Below, piece after piece: positions 19,403 to 32,538 of a DNA stretch of 64,000 nt. Source of the DNA: an uncultured Afipia sp. (lineage in GTDB: Bacteria; Pseudomonadota; Alphaproteobacteria; Rhizobiales; Xanthobacteraceae). The stretch is taken from the NCBI GenBank assembly GCA_964384815.1, contig CAYLLZ010000001.1:971612-1035611 (forward strand), in the 5' to 3' direction. The translations under genes were made by a program, and so were the position numbers. The notes under the pieces were generated by a model, which saw only the letters and a list, made by a program, of their open reading frames with translations, was not told where the DNA came from and searched no databases. Position 1 is the first letter of the stretch. Each line of letters starts with the position of its first letter.

Positions 19403-19522
19403 CGTCATGCCCGGCTTTATGCCGGGCATCCACGCCTTGCCTGCAAGGCAGACGAAGACGTGGATGGCCGGGACAAAAGGGCGTTCACGCCCGTCTTCAA
19501 CGGGCTATGCCCGGCCATAACA
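19403..19522. repeat. nested-palindromic intergenic repeat (family A), copy with extra internal hairpins
   Basis: CGTCATGCCCGGCTTTATGCCGGGCATCCACG ... CGTGGATGGCCGGGAC..[GGGCGttcaCGCCC, CCCGTcttcaACGGG]..GCCCGGCCATAAC, filling the nadA-nadB spacer. Confidence 0.7.
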
Positions 19523-19547
19523 ACTTCAATGTTGAAGGCCAAACGGC

Positions 19548-21188
19548 ATGATGGCTTCGCAATCGGGGACGACGCCTATGAAACTGATTGAGCCCAACAG
19601 CACAATTGCGGCCGACGATATTGTCATCGTCGGCGGCGGCCTCGCCGGCCTGTTCTGCGCGCTCAAACTGGCGCCGCGCCCCGTCACCGTGATTTCAGCC
19701 GCACCGCTCGGCGAAGGCGCATCGAGCGCCTGGGCGCAGGGCGGCATCGCCGCGGCGGTCGCCGAAGGCGACAGCGCTGAAGCCCATGCCGCCGACACCA
19801 TCGCGGTCGGCGGCGGCATCGTCGATGAGGCGGTCGCGCTCGGCCTCGCCCGCGAAGCCGGCGCGCGCATCCACGACCTGTTGCAATATGGCGTACCGTT
19901 CGACCGCGATCTGGAAGGACGTCTTGCGGTCGGCCGCGAGGCCGCGCATTCGGCGCGCCGCATCGTCCATGTGCAGGGCGACCGCGCCGGCAAGGCGATC
20001 ATCGCCGCGCTGATCGACGCCGTGCAGAAGACGCCGTCGATCAAGGTGATCGAGGGCTATGTCGCCGAAACGCTGCTGACCAGCGAGGGCGCCGTTGCCG
20101 GCCTGCAACTGCGCAAGGCGCATGACGCCGGCGCGCCCACCATCACCGTGCCCGCCCGCGCCGTAGTGCTGGCGACCGGCGGCATCGGCCATCTCTATGC
20201 GGTGACCACCAATCCGGTGGAAGCCAGCGGCAGCGGCCTTGCGCTGGCCGCACGCGCCGGCGCGGTGATCGCCGATCCCGAATTCGTCCAGTTTCACCCG
20301 ACCGCCATCATGGTCGGGCGCGATCCGGCGCCGCTCGCCAGCGAAGCGATCCGCGGCGAAGGCGCGACGCTGATCAACGGCAAGGGCGAGCGTTTTATGC
20401 TGGCGATCGATCCGCTGGCCGAGCTTGCGCCGCGCGACATCGTCGCGCGGGGCGTGTTCGCCGAGATCGCGGCGGGACGCGGCGCGTTCCTCGACGCCAC
20501 CAAGGCGCTCGGCGCGCGCTTCGCCGAGGAATTTCCGACCGTCTATGCAAGCTGCAAGGCGGGCGGCATCGATCCGGCCACGCAGCCGATCCCGATCGCG
20601 CCGGCCGTGCACTATCACATGGGCGGCATCGCAGTGGATCAGCATGGCCGCACCTCGATCAAGGGGCTGTGGGCCGGCGGCGAAGTCTCCTCGACCGGCG
20701 CGCATGGCGCCAACCGCCTCGCCTCCAACTCGCTGCTTGAGGCCGTGGTCTATGCGGCGCGGATCGCCGAGGACATCAACGGCCACGATCTGCCGGACAC
20801 GCTGCGCATCGTCGCCAGCACGCAGATGCCGAACGGCGCGTTCGACACGGCGGTCGAGGCGAAGCTGCGCAACATCATGAGCACGCAGGTCGGCGTCATC
20901 CGCAACGGCGACGATCTCGCCAAGGCAGTGCGCAGCCTCGTTGCGATGGAGCGCAGCGCCACCAACGCCGCCTTGCGCAACATGGCGACCACCGCGCTGA
21001 TCGTCACCACCGCGGCGTGGGTGCGGCAGGAGAGCCGCGGCGCGCATTTCCGCTCCGACTATCCGGACGAAAACCCGGCGCTGGCCCGCCGCACCATGAC
21101 GACGCTGAACGCGGCGCATGCGGTCGCGGCGACCATCACCGGCCACGAGGCGCCGCGCGCGGCCGTGCCGGCAGACGCGCTGTCGTAA
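19548..21188 (+). CDS. nadB: L-aspartate oxidase
   Basis: ..[12 protein letters not shown].. FAD fold, ..HYHMGGI..D..G.T...GLWA.GE...[15 protein letters not shown].. typical of NadB. Confidence 0.9.
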   Translation: MMASQSGTTPMKLIEPNSTIAADDIVIVGGGLAGLFCALKLAPRPVTVISAAPLGEGASSAWAQGGIAAAVAEGDSAEAHAADTIAVGGGIVDEAVALGLAREAGARIHDLLQYGVPFDRDLEGRLAVGREAAHSARRIVHVQGDRAGKAIIAALIDAVQKTPSIKVIEGYVAETLLTSEGAVAGLQLRKAHDAGAPTITVPARAVVLATGGIGHLYAVTTNPVEASGSGLALAARAGAVIADPEFVQFHPTAIMVGRDPAPLASEAIRGEGATLINGKGERFMLAIDPLAELAPRDIVARGVFAEIAAGRGAFLDATKALGARFAEEFPTVYASCKAGGIDPATQPIPIAPAVHYHMGGIAVDQHGRTSIKGLWAGGEVSSTGAHGANRLASNSLLEAVVYAARIAEDINGHDLPDTLRIVASTQMPNGAFDTAVEAKLRNIMSTQVGVIRNGDDLAKAVRSLVAMERSATNAALRNMATTALIVTTAAWVRQESRGAHFRSDYPDENPALARRTMTTLNAAHAVAATITGHEAPRAAVPADALS

Positions 21189-21211
21189 GCTATCAAGACG
21201 GATAACTCATC

Positions 21212-22099
21212 ATGAGCGACGTTCTCGATCCCGCCACGCTGCTCTATCCGAACGCTTTCCTCTCGCCGCTCGAGATCGACAGCGCCGTGGAGCGCGCGCT
21301 GGCCGAGGATCTCGGCCGCGCCGGCGACATCACCTCGGCCGCGACAATTCCCGCGGACACGCCGGCCCACGCGGTACTGGTGGCGCGGCAGGCGGGCGTG
21401 ATCGCAGGCCTGCCACTGGCGGTCGCGGCGTTTCATCGCCTGTCGCGCGACATCCGCATCCAGGCGCATGTCCATGACGGCGGCAGCGTCGCCAAGGGCG
21501 TCGACGTGCTGACCATCTCGGGACCGGCGCGCGCCGTGCTGGCCGCTGAGCGCACCGCGCTCAATTTCGTCGGCCAGCTGTCCGGCATCGCCACGCTGAC
21601 GGCGGACTATGTGCGGCATGTCGGCACCAACAAGCTACGCATCTGCTGCACGCGCAAGACCACGCCCGGCCTGCGCGCGCTGGAGAAATATGCCGTGCGC
21701 TGCGGCGGCGGCTTCAACCATCGCTTCGGGCTCGACGACGCCATTCTGATCAAGGACAATCACATCGCGGTCGCCGGCGGCGTCACCGCGGTGCTGAAGC
21801 GCGCCCGCGCCCATGTCGGCCATCTGGTCAAGGTGGAGATCGAGGTCGATACGCTCGATCAGCTTCGCGAGGTGCTCGACACCGGCCTTGCCGACGTGGT
21901 GATGCTCGACAACATGGATCTGCCGAGCCTGCGCGAGGCGGTGAAGCTCGCGGCCGGCCGCGTGGTGCTGGAAGTGTCCGGCGGCGTGACGCGGGAGTCG
22001 ATCGCCGATATCGCACGCACTGGCGTCGATTACGCCTCCTCCGGCGCCCTCACCCACTCGGCGCCGAATTTCGACGTCGCGCTCGATATTGATGCGTAG
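21212..22099 (+). CDS. nadC: nicotinate-nucleotide diphosphorylase (carboxylating)
   Basis: ..ERTALNF...SGIAT.T......TRKT.PGLR.LEKYAV..GGG.NHR.GL.D..LIKDNH.. QPRTase signature. Confidence 0.9.
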   Translation: MSDVLDPATLLYPNAFLSPLEIDSAVERALAEDLGRAGDITSAATIPADTPAHAVLVARQAGVIAGLPLAVAAFHRLSRDIRIQAHVHDGGSVAKGVDVLTISGPARAVLAAERTALNFVGQLSGIATLTADYVRHVGTNKLRICCTRKTTPGLRALEKYAVRCGGGFNHRFGLDDAILIKDNHIAVAGGVTAVLKRARAHVGHLVKVEIEVDTLDQLREVLDTGLADVVMLDNMDLPSLREAVKLAAGRVVLEVSGGVTRESIADIARTGVDYASSGALTHSAPNFDVALDIDA

Positions 22100-22120
22100 G
22101 ACGTTGAAGCCAGAGGACAG

Positions 22121-22237
22121 GGTCGTCCCGGCGCAGGCCGGGACCCATAACCCCTGTCGCTGTTTTTTTGAAACGACCGGTCCGGCGTCTTCATCGCTAG
22201 GCCGGTGGTGATGGGTCCCGGCCTGCGCCGGGACGAC
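22121..22237. repeat. nested inverted repeat (family B) between convergent nadC and the SleB-like gene
   Basis: 27-nt perfect arms GGTCGTCCCGGCGCAGGCCGGGACCCAT (22121-22147) and its reverse complement (22211-22237), 63 nt apart. Each arm contains its own hairpin, TCCCGGC-gcag-GCCGGGA. Confidence 0.7.
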
Positions 22238-22280
22238 CGGAAATAAAAATTTTCGGCAATGACAATCCCATCCGCCTCGC

Positions 22281-23702
22281 CTACGGCTTCTCGGCCGCAA
22301 GCTCCTTGGAAATCTCGGCGGTCTGGGTCGCGCTGCCCCAGCTCGGCGCATCCTTGCCGTCGCCCCAGGCGCGCGGCCGATAGAAGGTGTGCACGCCGAA
22401 CTTGTACATCTTCTTCATCTCATGCACCCAGGACGGCCGCACCCAGTAGGCGTGATAGTGCGTCGACTTGCCTACTTCCGGCAGCCAGAGCTGGCCGTCG
22501 AGCGTGGCCTTCGCGATCTTCTTGGCACGCTCCCACATGTCGGGCTCGCGCACCACGTCGCGAATGCCGTCGCAAGCGAAGGTGAACTGGCACGACAGAT
22601 GGCGGTGCGAGTTCTGATAGACCACGCCGCAGATCGTAGTCGGGTAATAGCCGGAGAACGCACGGTTGACGACGACCTGCGCCACCGCGATCTGGCCGCG
22701 CACCGCCTCGCCCCGCGCCTCGAAATACACCGCCTCGGCAAGGCACTTCTCGGCCTTGGCGCGCGACTTCACATCGAGCCCGAGCCGCTCGGCCGGCGTG
22801 CGCGGACGCTGGCTGTCGCTGGTGACCTCGCCCTTGCCGGCGATGGTTTCGCCGCCCGCTGCGTCGGACGCACTCTGCGGTGACGGAACGGACTGCTTCA
22901 TGTCCGGATCGCCGTTCGGCAGCACGATGATCGGCTCCTCGCCGGGGGCCCAGCGCTCCAGCGCCTCGCCGGCATCGCCGAGCGAGGCGTTGCCGAAGAA
23001 CAGGCTCGAGGTTTTCACCGAGAACGGATCGCGCGGCACGGCGGCGACCGGAGCGATATCGCCCTTCGGCTCGGCATGCAGCGCAGCCAGTGCGCGGTCA
23101 TCGAGTTCGCCTTCGGCGACCGGCTTGTTGGAATCGTATTGCGGCAGACGCGGCGACGACAGCGCGGCCTGCAATTCCTCGTCGAGCGGCGCAGGCTCGA
23201 CCGGCGGCGGCAGCGCATCGGCGGTCTTCGCGCCCTGCACGGACGCATTGTCATCGGGCGAAAGATCCTCACCCGCCGGCTGTTCGACAGGCACCGCCTG
23301 CGGCGCGACGACCTGCAAGCGGTCACCCTTCAGCGTGCGCACGACTTTCGGAAAATCCTCGGCCTGCAAGGGACGCAGCGGCTCGCCGAGCGGATTGCGG
23401 CCGAGCGAGCCGGTCAGATCGGCGCTGGCGCTGTCGAGACTGGCGAGACGATAGGATGCCGCCTCTGGCATGTCGGTGCCGATCGGGCGAGGGAAATTGA
23501 ATGAAGCTACCCGCATCGCGCGGCGCGAGGATGCGAAGATGTGCTGCTGCCAGCGTTCAGCAACGCCGGGCTGATGCGTGAGCAACGCGCCAAGGTCCTG
23601 ATAGCCGAGCGAGTTCGGCACCAGGGCGAAGATGACAAAGCTGAAGGGCGCGAACCGCGCGCCCCTCAGCCTGTTACGCAAACCGAACATGGATACGCTC
23701 AC
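22281..23702 (-). CDS. cell-wall hydrolase, SleB-domain protein with N-terminal anchor and Pro/Ala-rich linker
   Basis: C-terminal ..CLAEAVYFEARGE...GQ.AVAQVV.NR.....YP...CGVVYQ......CQF.F.CDG.. matches the SleB/Hydrolase_2 family. Confidence 0.8.
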   Translation of the reverse strand: MSVSMFGLRNRLRGARFAPFSFVIFALVPNSLGYQDLGALLTHQPGVAERWQQHIFASSRRAMRVASFNFPRPIGTDMPEAASYRLASLDSASADLTGSLGRNPLGEPLRPLQAEDFPKVVRTLKGDRLQVVAPQAVPVEQPAGEDLSPDDNASVQGAKTADALPPPVEPAPLDEELQAALSSPRLPQYDSNKPVAEGELDDRALAALHAEPKGDIAPVAAVPRDPFSVKTSSLFFGNASLGDAGEALERWAPGEEPIIVLPNGDPDMKQSVPSPQSASDAAGGETIAGKGEVTSDSQRPRTPAERLGLDVKSRAKAEKCLAEAVYFEARGEAVRGQIAVAQVVVNRAFSGYYPTTICGVVYQNSHRHLSCQFTFACDGIRDVVREPDMWERAKKIAKATLDGQLWLPEVGKSTHYHAYWVRPSWVHEMKKMYKFGVHTFYRPRAWGDGKDAPSWGSATQTAEISKELAAEKP

Positions 23703-23981
23703 GCAACACTACGCTTACACACACGCGATCTCCTCGCACATTCAGTGCAATTCGATCGAGTGTGGTAATATCCAATTAAAGTTGCCGGGGCGTTAATCGC
23801 TGGTGCTTGCGGAACACACGCAATCGCAACGCGCGCGTGGCGCGATCACACCGAAAGCCTTGGTAAACAGGCTCTTCCATAGAGTGGTAAACAGCGCGTC
23901 AACAAAAAGGGTGAACGACTGAATAGCCGCACCGCGCATTCGCATGCGCGCATGCTCATCCTTTTCACGCAAGACGCCGCG

Positions 23982-24014
23982 CAAAAGACAATGCCCGGGA
24001 CGAGCCCGGGCATT
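23982..24014 (-). terminator. intrinsic terminator-like hairpin downstream of ppdK
   Basis: Minus strand: AATGCCCGGG-ctcgt-CCCGGGCATT followed by GTCTTTTG, 25 nt after the ppdK stop. Confidence 0.5.
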
Positions 24015-24038
24015 GCGATGTTGAGATGGAACCGGACC

Positions 24039-26900
<2,862 letters not shown>

Positions 26901-27049
26901 GACTTCCTAACGCTGCGTGAGGGAAAACGGCAGGCGCGTTACACCATGGTTTGAAGCCCCCGCGCAAGGGCGCGAAAGCTGTAACAACCTTCGGAGGTAT
27001 GAACTTTTGGCTAGTCACATAGTTGACAACGCCATTTGCGCCCGCGCCG

Positions 27050-27193
27050 CTATTTGATGATGCCGAGCCCGACGATGCCGATAAAGATAAGATAGATCGC
27101 GACGATGAAATTCAGCAGGCGGGGCATGATCAGAATCAGGATGCCGGCGATCAGCGCCACGATCGGCTGAAGGTGAGCAACGGAAATCGTCAT
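27050..27193 (-). CDS. DUF3096-family small membrane protein
   Basis: 47 aa from the ATG at 27193: MTISVAHLQPIVALIAGILILIMPRLLNFIVAIYLIFIGIVGLGIIK, a two-TM hairpin typical of DUF3096. Confidence 0.6.
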   Translation of the reverse strand: MTISVAHLQPIVALIAGILILIMPRLLNFIVAIYLIFIGIVGLGIIK

Positions 27194-27415
27194 CTGCGTC
27201 TCCAAAAAATCCAAACTCAACGATGCACGCGCCGAGCGGTACCTGATTCTGCGCGCTCGCGGCAGGATAAGGAGACGATTGCAGGGGCCGATAGTTCCGC
27301 CCGGCACGAAAATGCCCCAATGAAGCCCCGCATGGCGCAGGAACGATGATCCGGCATGGAGATTGTCAGGCGATGTCCGGCCGTCCGGCCGACGCTTGAT
27401 GCAGGAGACCGAACC

Positions 27416-27769
27416 ATGCGGAAATCAATCCTTGCCCTTGCCGTGCTTGCGGGCGCCACGATTCCATTGGCGGCAAGCGCGCAGCAGCGCATTATCGTCG
27501 AGGAAGGCGTGACCACCGGCCTGTCCGACAGCTATGTCGGCATCGCCGACGATCTGCAGCCGCGCTTCCGCGAATACGTCATTCAGGAAAACGTGCCGAA
27601 CTACACGGTGCCCGATCGCGTGGTGGTCGGCACGGTACTGCCCGAGACCGTCACCTATTACGACGTGCCGCAGCAGTACGGCGCCAACCGCTATCGCTAC
27701 ACGCGGGTGAACGACCGCTATGTGCTGGTGGAGCCGCGCACAAGGCGGATCATCCAGGTGATCGACTGA
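27416..27769 (+). CDS. DUF1236-domain secreted protein
   Basis: Signal peptide MRKSILALAVLAGATIPLAASAQ, then ..Y......VP.Y..P..V.VG..LPE.V.YY.VP......YRY..VN.R.VLV.P.TRRI..VI., the DUF1236 pattern. Confidence 0.7.
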   Translation: MRKSILALAVLAGATIPLAASAQQRIIVEEGVTTGLSDSYVGIADDLQPRFREYVIQENVPNYTVPDRVVVGTVLPETVTYYDVPQQYGANRYRYTRVNDRYVLVEPRTRRIIQVID

Positions 27770-27863
27770 GGATGAGGGCTGACGTCAGCACGAGCCATGC
27801 AGAAAACAGCATGCGCTACGATGACGCAGCGATACGCGACGAACAGGATTTCGTTGCAAAAGA

Positions 27864-27893
27864 CAAAGACCGGCCCTTCGTGGCCGGTCTTTG
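27864..27893. terminator. hairpin between the convergent DUF1236 gene and glyS
   Basis: AAAGACCGGCC-cttcgt-GGCCGGTCTTT (27865-27892), flanked by A-rich and T-rich sequence, so it is potentially bidirectional. Confidence 0.45.
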
Positions 27894-27933
27894 TGCCGAT
27901 TAGAAATGATGTCAGGCCCAATGCCGAATCGGC

Positions 27934-30090
27934 TCAGTCCTGAATCTTCGAGAAGTCCGCCACCGCGCGGGTCGCTTCGCGGATTTCATTGAGCAGCTTC
28001 AGCCGGTTTTCGCGCACTTGGGCGTCGTCGTCGTTGACCTTGACCTTGTCGAAGAAGGCATCGACGGCGGGCCGCAGCTTCGCCATCGCGCTCATCGCGC
28101 CGGCGAAGTCCTCCTTCGCCACGGCGGCACCCGTCTCGCCCTTCACCTGATCGATCGCGGCGGCGAGCGCCTTCTCTTCATCGAGCCGGTAGAGCGCCGC
28201 ATCCGGCGCGCCGGCATAGGCCTTGCCGTCCTTCTTCTCCTCGATGCGCAGGATGTTCGCCGCGCGCTTGGTGCCGGCGAGCAGGTTCTTGCCGTCATCG
28301 GTGTCGAGGAATTTGCCGAGCGCCTCGACCCGGCGCACGACCATCAACAGATCGTCCTGCCCTTCAAGCGCGAAAACGGCATCGACCAGATCATGCCGCG
28401 CGCCCTGATCGCGCAACTGGACCTTGAGGCGGTCGGCGAAGAAGGAGAGAAGGTCGTCACCTATTCCGTCATGCGCGGGCTTGACCCGCGCATCCACGTC
28501 TTTCTTTTCTGCAGCCAAGGCGTGGATGGCCGGGACAAGCCCGGCCATGACGGCTGCGTGCGACATAGCAACCGTACTCAGCCTCAAGCGCAGACTGTTG
28601 TCGAGCAGCAGCCTGATCACACCGAGAGCTGCTCTCCGCAACGCGAAGGGATCTTTGCTCCCTGTCGGCTTCTCATCGATCGCCCAGAAGCCGGTGAGAA
28701 TGTCGATCTTGTCGGCCAGCGCGACGGCGATCGCGACCGGATCGGTCGGCACGCGGTCGTTCGGGCCCTGCGGCTTGTAGTGATCTTCGATCGCCTGCGC
28801 GACGGAGGCGTCCTCGCTTTGCGCCAGCGCGTAGTACTTGCCCATCAGGCCCTGCACTTCGGGGAATTCGCCGACCACTTCGGTGAGCAGATCCGCCTTG
28901 GCGAGCCGCGCGGCGCGCTTGGTCTTCTCGACATCGGCGCCAACCAGCGGCGCGAGTTCGGCCGCAAGCCGCTCGATGCGGGCGATACGCTCCGCCTGCG
29001 TGCCCAGCTTCTCGTGGAAGACGATGCTGTCGAACTTCGCCAGCCGGTCCTCAAGTCTGGTCTTGAGATCGGTCTCATAGAAGAACTTGGCGTCCGACAA
29101 GCGCGCGCGGATCACGCGCTCGTTGCCGGCGACGATGGCATTGCCGCCGTCGCTCGCCTCGATGTTGGCGACGAGGATGAATTTCGGCGCGAGCTTGCCG
29201 GTCTTCGGATCGCGCACCACAAAGCATTTCTGGTTGTTACGGATGGTGGCGCGGATCACCTCGTCGGGGATCGACAGGAAGCTCGCATCGAACGAGCCCA
29301 TCAGCACCACCGGCCATTCGACCAGACCCGCGACCTCGTCGAGCAACACCTGATCCTCAACCAGTTCGAAGCCCTGCGCGAAAGCGAGGTTCTTCGCCTC
29401 GGCGAGGATGATATCACGGCGGCGCTGCGGATCGAGCACCACCTTGGCATCGAACAGCTTCGACTCGTAATCCTCGAACCGGCGCACGGTAATCTCGCCC
29501 GGCGCCATGAAACGATGGCCGCGCGTCACCTGCCCGGCTTTGATGCCGGACACGTCGAACGTCACGACATCGGGGTCCTCGGTCTCCGGGCCGAAGGTCG
29601 CGATGATCGAATGCAGCGGCCGCACCCACGACAGCGCGCCGGGCTTCGCCGAGCGCTCGCCCCAGCGCATCTGCTTCGGCCACGGGAAAGTGCGGACGAT
29701 CACCGGCAGGATCTCCGCGATCACCTCGATCGCGGGACGGCCGGGCTTCTCGATCAGCGCGATATAGAAGTCGCCCTTCTTCGGGTCCTTCTGGATCTTC
29801 GCCTCGTCGAGCGACTTCAGACCGGTCGCCTTGAGAAAGCCCTGCACCGCGGCGTCGGGCGCGCCGACCTTCGGGCCCTTGCGCTCTTCCTTCAGATCGG
29901 GCTGGCGCACCGGAACGCCGTGCACGGTGAGCGCAAGGCGGCGCGGCGTGACGAATGCCTTCGCGCCTTCATAGACAAGGCCTTCGGCGACAAGCCGGTC
30001 GGTGACCATCTTGCGCAGGTCGTCCGCCGCCTTGGCCTGCATGCGCGCGGGAATTTCCTCGGAGAACAGTTCAAACAGAAGATCGGGCAT
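27934..30090 (-). CDS. glyS: glycine--tRNA ligase beta subunit (carries an in-frame repeat-derived insertion)
   Basis: 718 aa. N-terminus [18 protein letters not shown] and overall GlyS architecture, 3 nt downstream of glyQ. Confidence 0.9.
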   Translation of the reverse strand: MPDLLFELFSEEIPARMQAKAADDLRKMVTDRLVAEGLVYEGAKAFVTPRRLALTVHGVPVRQPDLKEERKGPKVGAPDAAVQGFLKATGLKSLDEAKIQKDPKKGDFYIALIEKPGRPAIEVIAEILPVIVRTFPWPKQMRWGERSAKPGALSWVRPLHSIIATFGPETEDPDVVTFDVSGIKAGQVTRGHRFMAPGEITVRRFEDYESKLFDAKVVLDPQRRRDIILAEAKNLAFAQGFELVEDQVLLDEVAGLVEWPVVLMGSFDASFLSIPDEVIRATIRNNQKCFVVRDPKTGKLAPKFILVANIEASDGGNAIVAGNERVIRARLSDAKFFYETDLKTRLEDRLAKFDSIVFHEKLGTQAERIARIERLAAELAPLVGADVEKTKRAARLAKADLLTEVVGEFPEVQGLMGKYYALAQSEDASVAQAIEDHYKPQGPNDRVPTDPVAIAVALADKIDILTGFWAIDEKPTGSKDPFALRRAALGVIRLLLDNSLRLRLSTVAMSHAAVMAGLVPAIHALAAEKKDVDARVKPAHDGIGDDLLSFFADRLKVQLRDQGARHDLVDAVFALEGQDDLLMVVRRVEALGKFLDTDDGKNLLAGTKRAANILRIEEKKDGKAYAGAPDAALYRLDEEKALAAAIDQVKGETGAAVAKEDFAGAMSAMAKLRPAVDAFFDKVKVNDDDAQVRENRLKLLNEIREATRAVADFSKIQD
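28467..28552. repeat. family A nested-palindromic repeat located inside the glyS ORF
   Basis: CGTCATGCGCGGGCTTGACCCGCGCATCCACG - 22 nt - CGTGGATGGCCGGGACAAGCCCGGCCATGACG. Same architecture as 19403-19522 and 59485-59575. Confidence 0.7.
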
Positions 30091-30093
30091 CGC

Positions 30094-31032
30094 TTACACC
30101 CCGCCCGCTTCGGTATGCACCCACGCATCGCCGCAGGCTTTCGCCAGTTCGCGCACGCGCAGGATGTAGCTCTGGCGCTCGGTGACCGAGATCACGCCGC
30201 GCGCGTCGAGCAAGTTGAACACGTGGCTTGCCTTGATGCACTGGTCATAGGCCGGCAGCGCCATCAGGTGCTTTTCCTTCTTGTCGCTCGCCCAGCCGGC
30301 GTCGAGATATTTTTTGCACGCGCCTTCGGCCATTTTGAACTGCTCGAATAGCATCGCGGTGTCGGCGTGCTCGAAATTGTGCCGCGAATATTCCTGCTCG
30401 GCCTGCAGGAACACGTCGCCATAGGTCACCTTCTCGGCGCCCTCACGACCGTTGAAATTGAGATCGTAGACGTTGTCGACGCCCTGCACATACATCGCCA
30501 GGCGCTCGAGACCATAGGTGAGCTCGCCCGCCACCGGCGCGCATTCGACGCCCGCGACCTGCTGGAAATAGGTGAACTGCGACACTTCCATGCCATCGCA
30601 CCAGCACTCCCAGCCGAGCCCCCACGCGCCGAGCGTCGGGCTCTCCCAGTCGTCCTCGACAAAACGGATGTCGTGAAGCGCGGCATCGACTCCGATCGCG
30701 GCGAGCGATTTCAGATAGAGGTCCTGAATGTCGGACGGCGACGGCTTCAGGATCACCTGAAACTGATAATAGTGCTGCAGACGGTTCGGGTTCTCGCCAT
30801 AGCGACCGTCCTTGGGGCGGCGCGAGGGCTGCACATAGGCCGCGTTCCAGCGCTTCGGACCGAGCGCGCGCAACGTGGTCGCCGGATGGAAGGTGCCGGC
30901 GCCGACCTCCATGTCGTAGGGCTGCAGAATGACGCAGCCGTAATCGGCCCAGTAGCGCTGCAACGTCAGGATCAGGCCCTGAAACGAGCGTTCAGGGCGC
31001 ATATGGTCTGGCAAAGAGGTCATGAGCTTCAA
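30094..31032 (-). CDS. glyQ: glycine--tRNA ligase alpha subunit
   Basis: ..[73 protein letters not shown].. is a highly conserved GlyQ sequence. The start may be one of the nearby internal Met codons. Confidence 0.9.
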   Translation of the reverse strand: MKLMTSLPDHMRPERSFQGLILTLQRYWADYGCVILQPYDMEVGAGTFHPATTLRALGPKRWNAAYVQPSRRPKDGRYGENPNRLQHYYQFQVILKPSPSDIQDLYLKSLAAIGVDAALHDIRFVEDDWESPTLGAWGLGWECWCDGMEVSQFTYFQQVAGVECAPVAGELTYGLERLAMYVQGVDNVYDLNFNGREGAEKVTYGDVFLQAEQEYSRHNFEHADTAMLFEQFKMAEGACKKYLDAGWASDKKEKHLMALPAYDQCIKASHVFNLLDARGVISVTERQSYILRVRELAKACGDAWVHTEAGGV

Positions 31033-31280
31033 GTCGCCGGAGGACGGAATTTGGCCGGACCGTATCGGTGGCGGCCCCCGGAATCAAGGCAACTCGGCCA
31101 AAACCCGCGGCATCCGACGATCCTTTCCAACCTCCCGTTAACCGCAACCGGCGGCCGGTCCGCAATGCTTGCGCTTCGTTAGCATTTGGCCCGCTAGCCT
31201 GCTGCATCAATCGGGAAGACCGGCACAAGCCGGCCCCCAATGCCACCGCCAGAAGGCGGCGGCGCACAGGAAGGCTGCAA

Positions 31281-31367
31281 ATGCTCGCTTTTGAAATCAT
31301 CGGCGCGGTGATGACCGCGCTCCTGCTCGGCGCTCTGGTCGGTCAGGACATCCGAATGCTGCGCTGA
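31281..31367 (+). CDS. candidate 28-aa small membrane protein
   Basis: AGGAAGG RBS 7 nt upstream of the ATG. Product MLAFEIIGAVMTALLLGALVGQDIRMLR has a single TM helix. It is followed by a + strand terminator. No homology support. Confidence 0.3.
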   Translation: MLAFEIIGAVMTALLLGALVGQDIRMLR

Positions 31368-31392
31368 GGCCCGATCGCCGCTCAGCTTGCTC

Positions 31393-31430
31393 ACCGGTCC
31401 GCGAATGATGCCCCATTCCGGACCGGTTTT
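31393..31430 (+). terminator. intrinsic terminator-like hairpin
   Basis: ACCGGTCCG - 17-nt loop - CGGACCGGT followed by TTTTG on the + strand. Confidence 0.45.
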
Positions 31431-31441
31431 GCATTCGCCGC

Positions 31442-31624
31442 TCAACGCGGCCGATAGGTGCCGGTTTCCGGATCGTGGTGCAGATCAGTGGCGCGATCGG
31501 GATCGAGATCGCGCAGCCGTGCTTCATCGAGCTCGCGATTGATCCGCCGCGCTTCCCTGGTGGCGAACCGCACCAGTGCCGCACCGCCGACAAGTCCCGC
31601 GATCACCAGAATGAATGGGGGCAT
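31442..31624 (-). CDS. small membrane protein (one TM helix plus charged tail), hypothetical
   Basis: 60 aa, MPPFILVIAGLVGGAALVRF.. then an Arg/Asp/Glu-rich tail. It lies 26 nt downstream of the S49 peptidase gene on the same strand. Confidence 0.45.
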   Translation of the reverse strand: MPPFILVIAGLVGGAALVRFATREARRINRELDEARLRDLDPDRATDLHHDPETGTYRPR

Positions 31625-31650
31625 TCGACCCTCGCTGTCTCACGCCATCG

Positions 31651-32538
31651 TCACAAACCGTAACGCGCCCAGATCGCGCGCGTCTCCAGCGCCGAAATCA
31701 GTTCGTCGGCAAATCCCGGCGCACCGAACGCCGCGCCCGCGCCCTGCTTCCGGCCGGTCAGATTCGACAACAGTCCGGTCGGCGGTGCGATCAGCGGCGT
31801 GTAGACCTTCTCGCCATAGCGCGCACGCAACACGGAGCGCAGATCGCCGATCGCATCGGCAAGGCCGAGCTTCACCGAGCGCTCGCCGGCCCAGTATTCG
31901 CCGGAGAACAGGTAGCCGTCCTCGTCCTTCAGGCGCGAGCCACGGCGCTCCTTCACCAGCGCGATGAAGCTGTCGTGAATCTCGCGCTGGATGGCCTTGA
32001 GCCGCGCCACATCCTCGGGATTTTCCGGCAGGAACGGATCGAGGGTCGATTTGTGATCGCCGGAGGTGTAGATGCGGCGCTCGATGCCGACCTTCTTGAT
32101 CAGGTCCTGAAAGCCGAAGGTGCCGCCGATCACGCCGATGGAGCCGACGATCGAAGACGTATCGCAGAAGATCTCGTCTCCCGCGCAGGCGATCATGTAA
32201 CCGCCCGACGCCGCGACATCCTCGACGAACACCAGCACCGGAATCCGTTTCTCGGCGGCAAGCTGGCGGATGCGGTCATGGATCTGGCGCGACTGCACCG
32301 GCGAGCCGCCCGGCGAATTGATCACCACGGCGACCGCCTTGGCGTTCTTGGTCTCGAACGCGCGTTCAAGCAGGCGGCTGACGCCGGCGAGCGTCAGGCC
32401 CGGCCGCAGCGGCGTCACCGCGCCGATGGTGCCTGACAACCGCACCACCGGCACCACCACCGTGCGTCGGAAGCGCGCAGGCAACAGGCGCAGCAGCCCC
32501 GACATCAAGCCATTGTTATCGCCGCTCGTATCGTTCAT
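31651..32538 (-). CDS. S49-family peptidase (SppA 36K-type signal peptide peptidase)
   Basis: ..AVAVVINSPGGSPVQS.. and ..VEDVAASGGYMIACA.. are ClpP/crotonase-fold S49 motifs. Confidence 0.85.
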   Translation of the reverse strand: MNDTSGDNNGLMSGLLRLLPARFRRTVVVPVVRLSGTIGAVTPLRPGLTLAGVSRLLERAFETKNAKAVAVVINSPGGSPVQSRQIHDRIRQLAAEKRIPVLVFVEDVAASGGYMIACAGDEIFCDTSSIVGSIGVIGGTFGFQDLIKKVGIERRIYTSGDHKSTLDPFLPENPEDVARLKAIQREIHDSFIALVKERRGSRLKDEDGYLFSGEYWAGERSVKLGLADAIGDLRSVLRARYGEKVYTPLIAPPTGLLSNLTGRKQGAGAAFGAPGFADELISALETRAIWARYGL

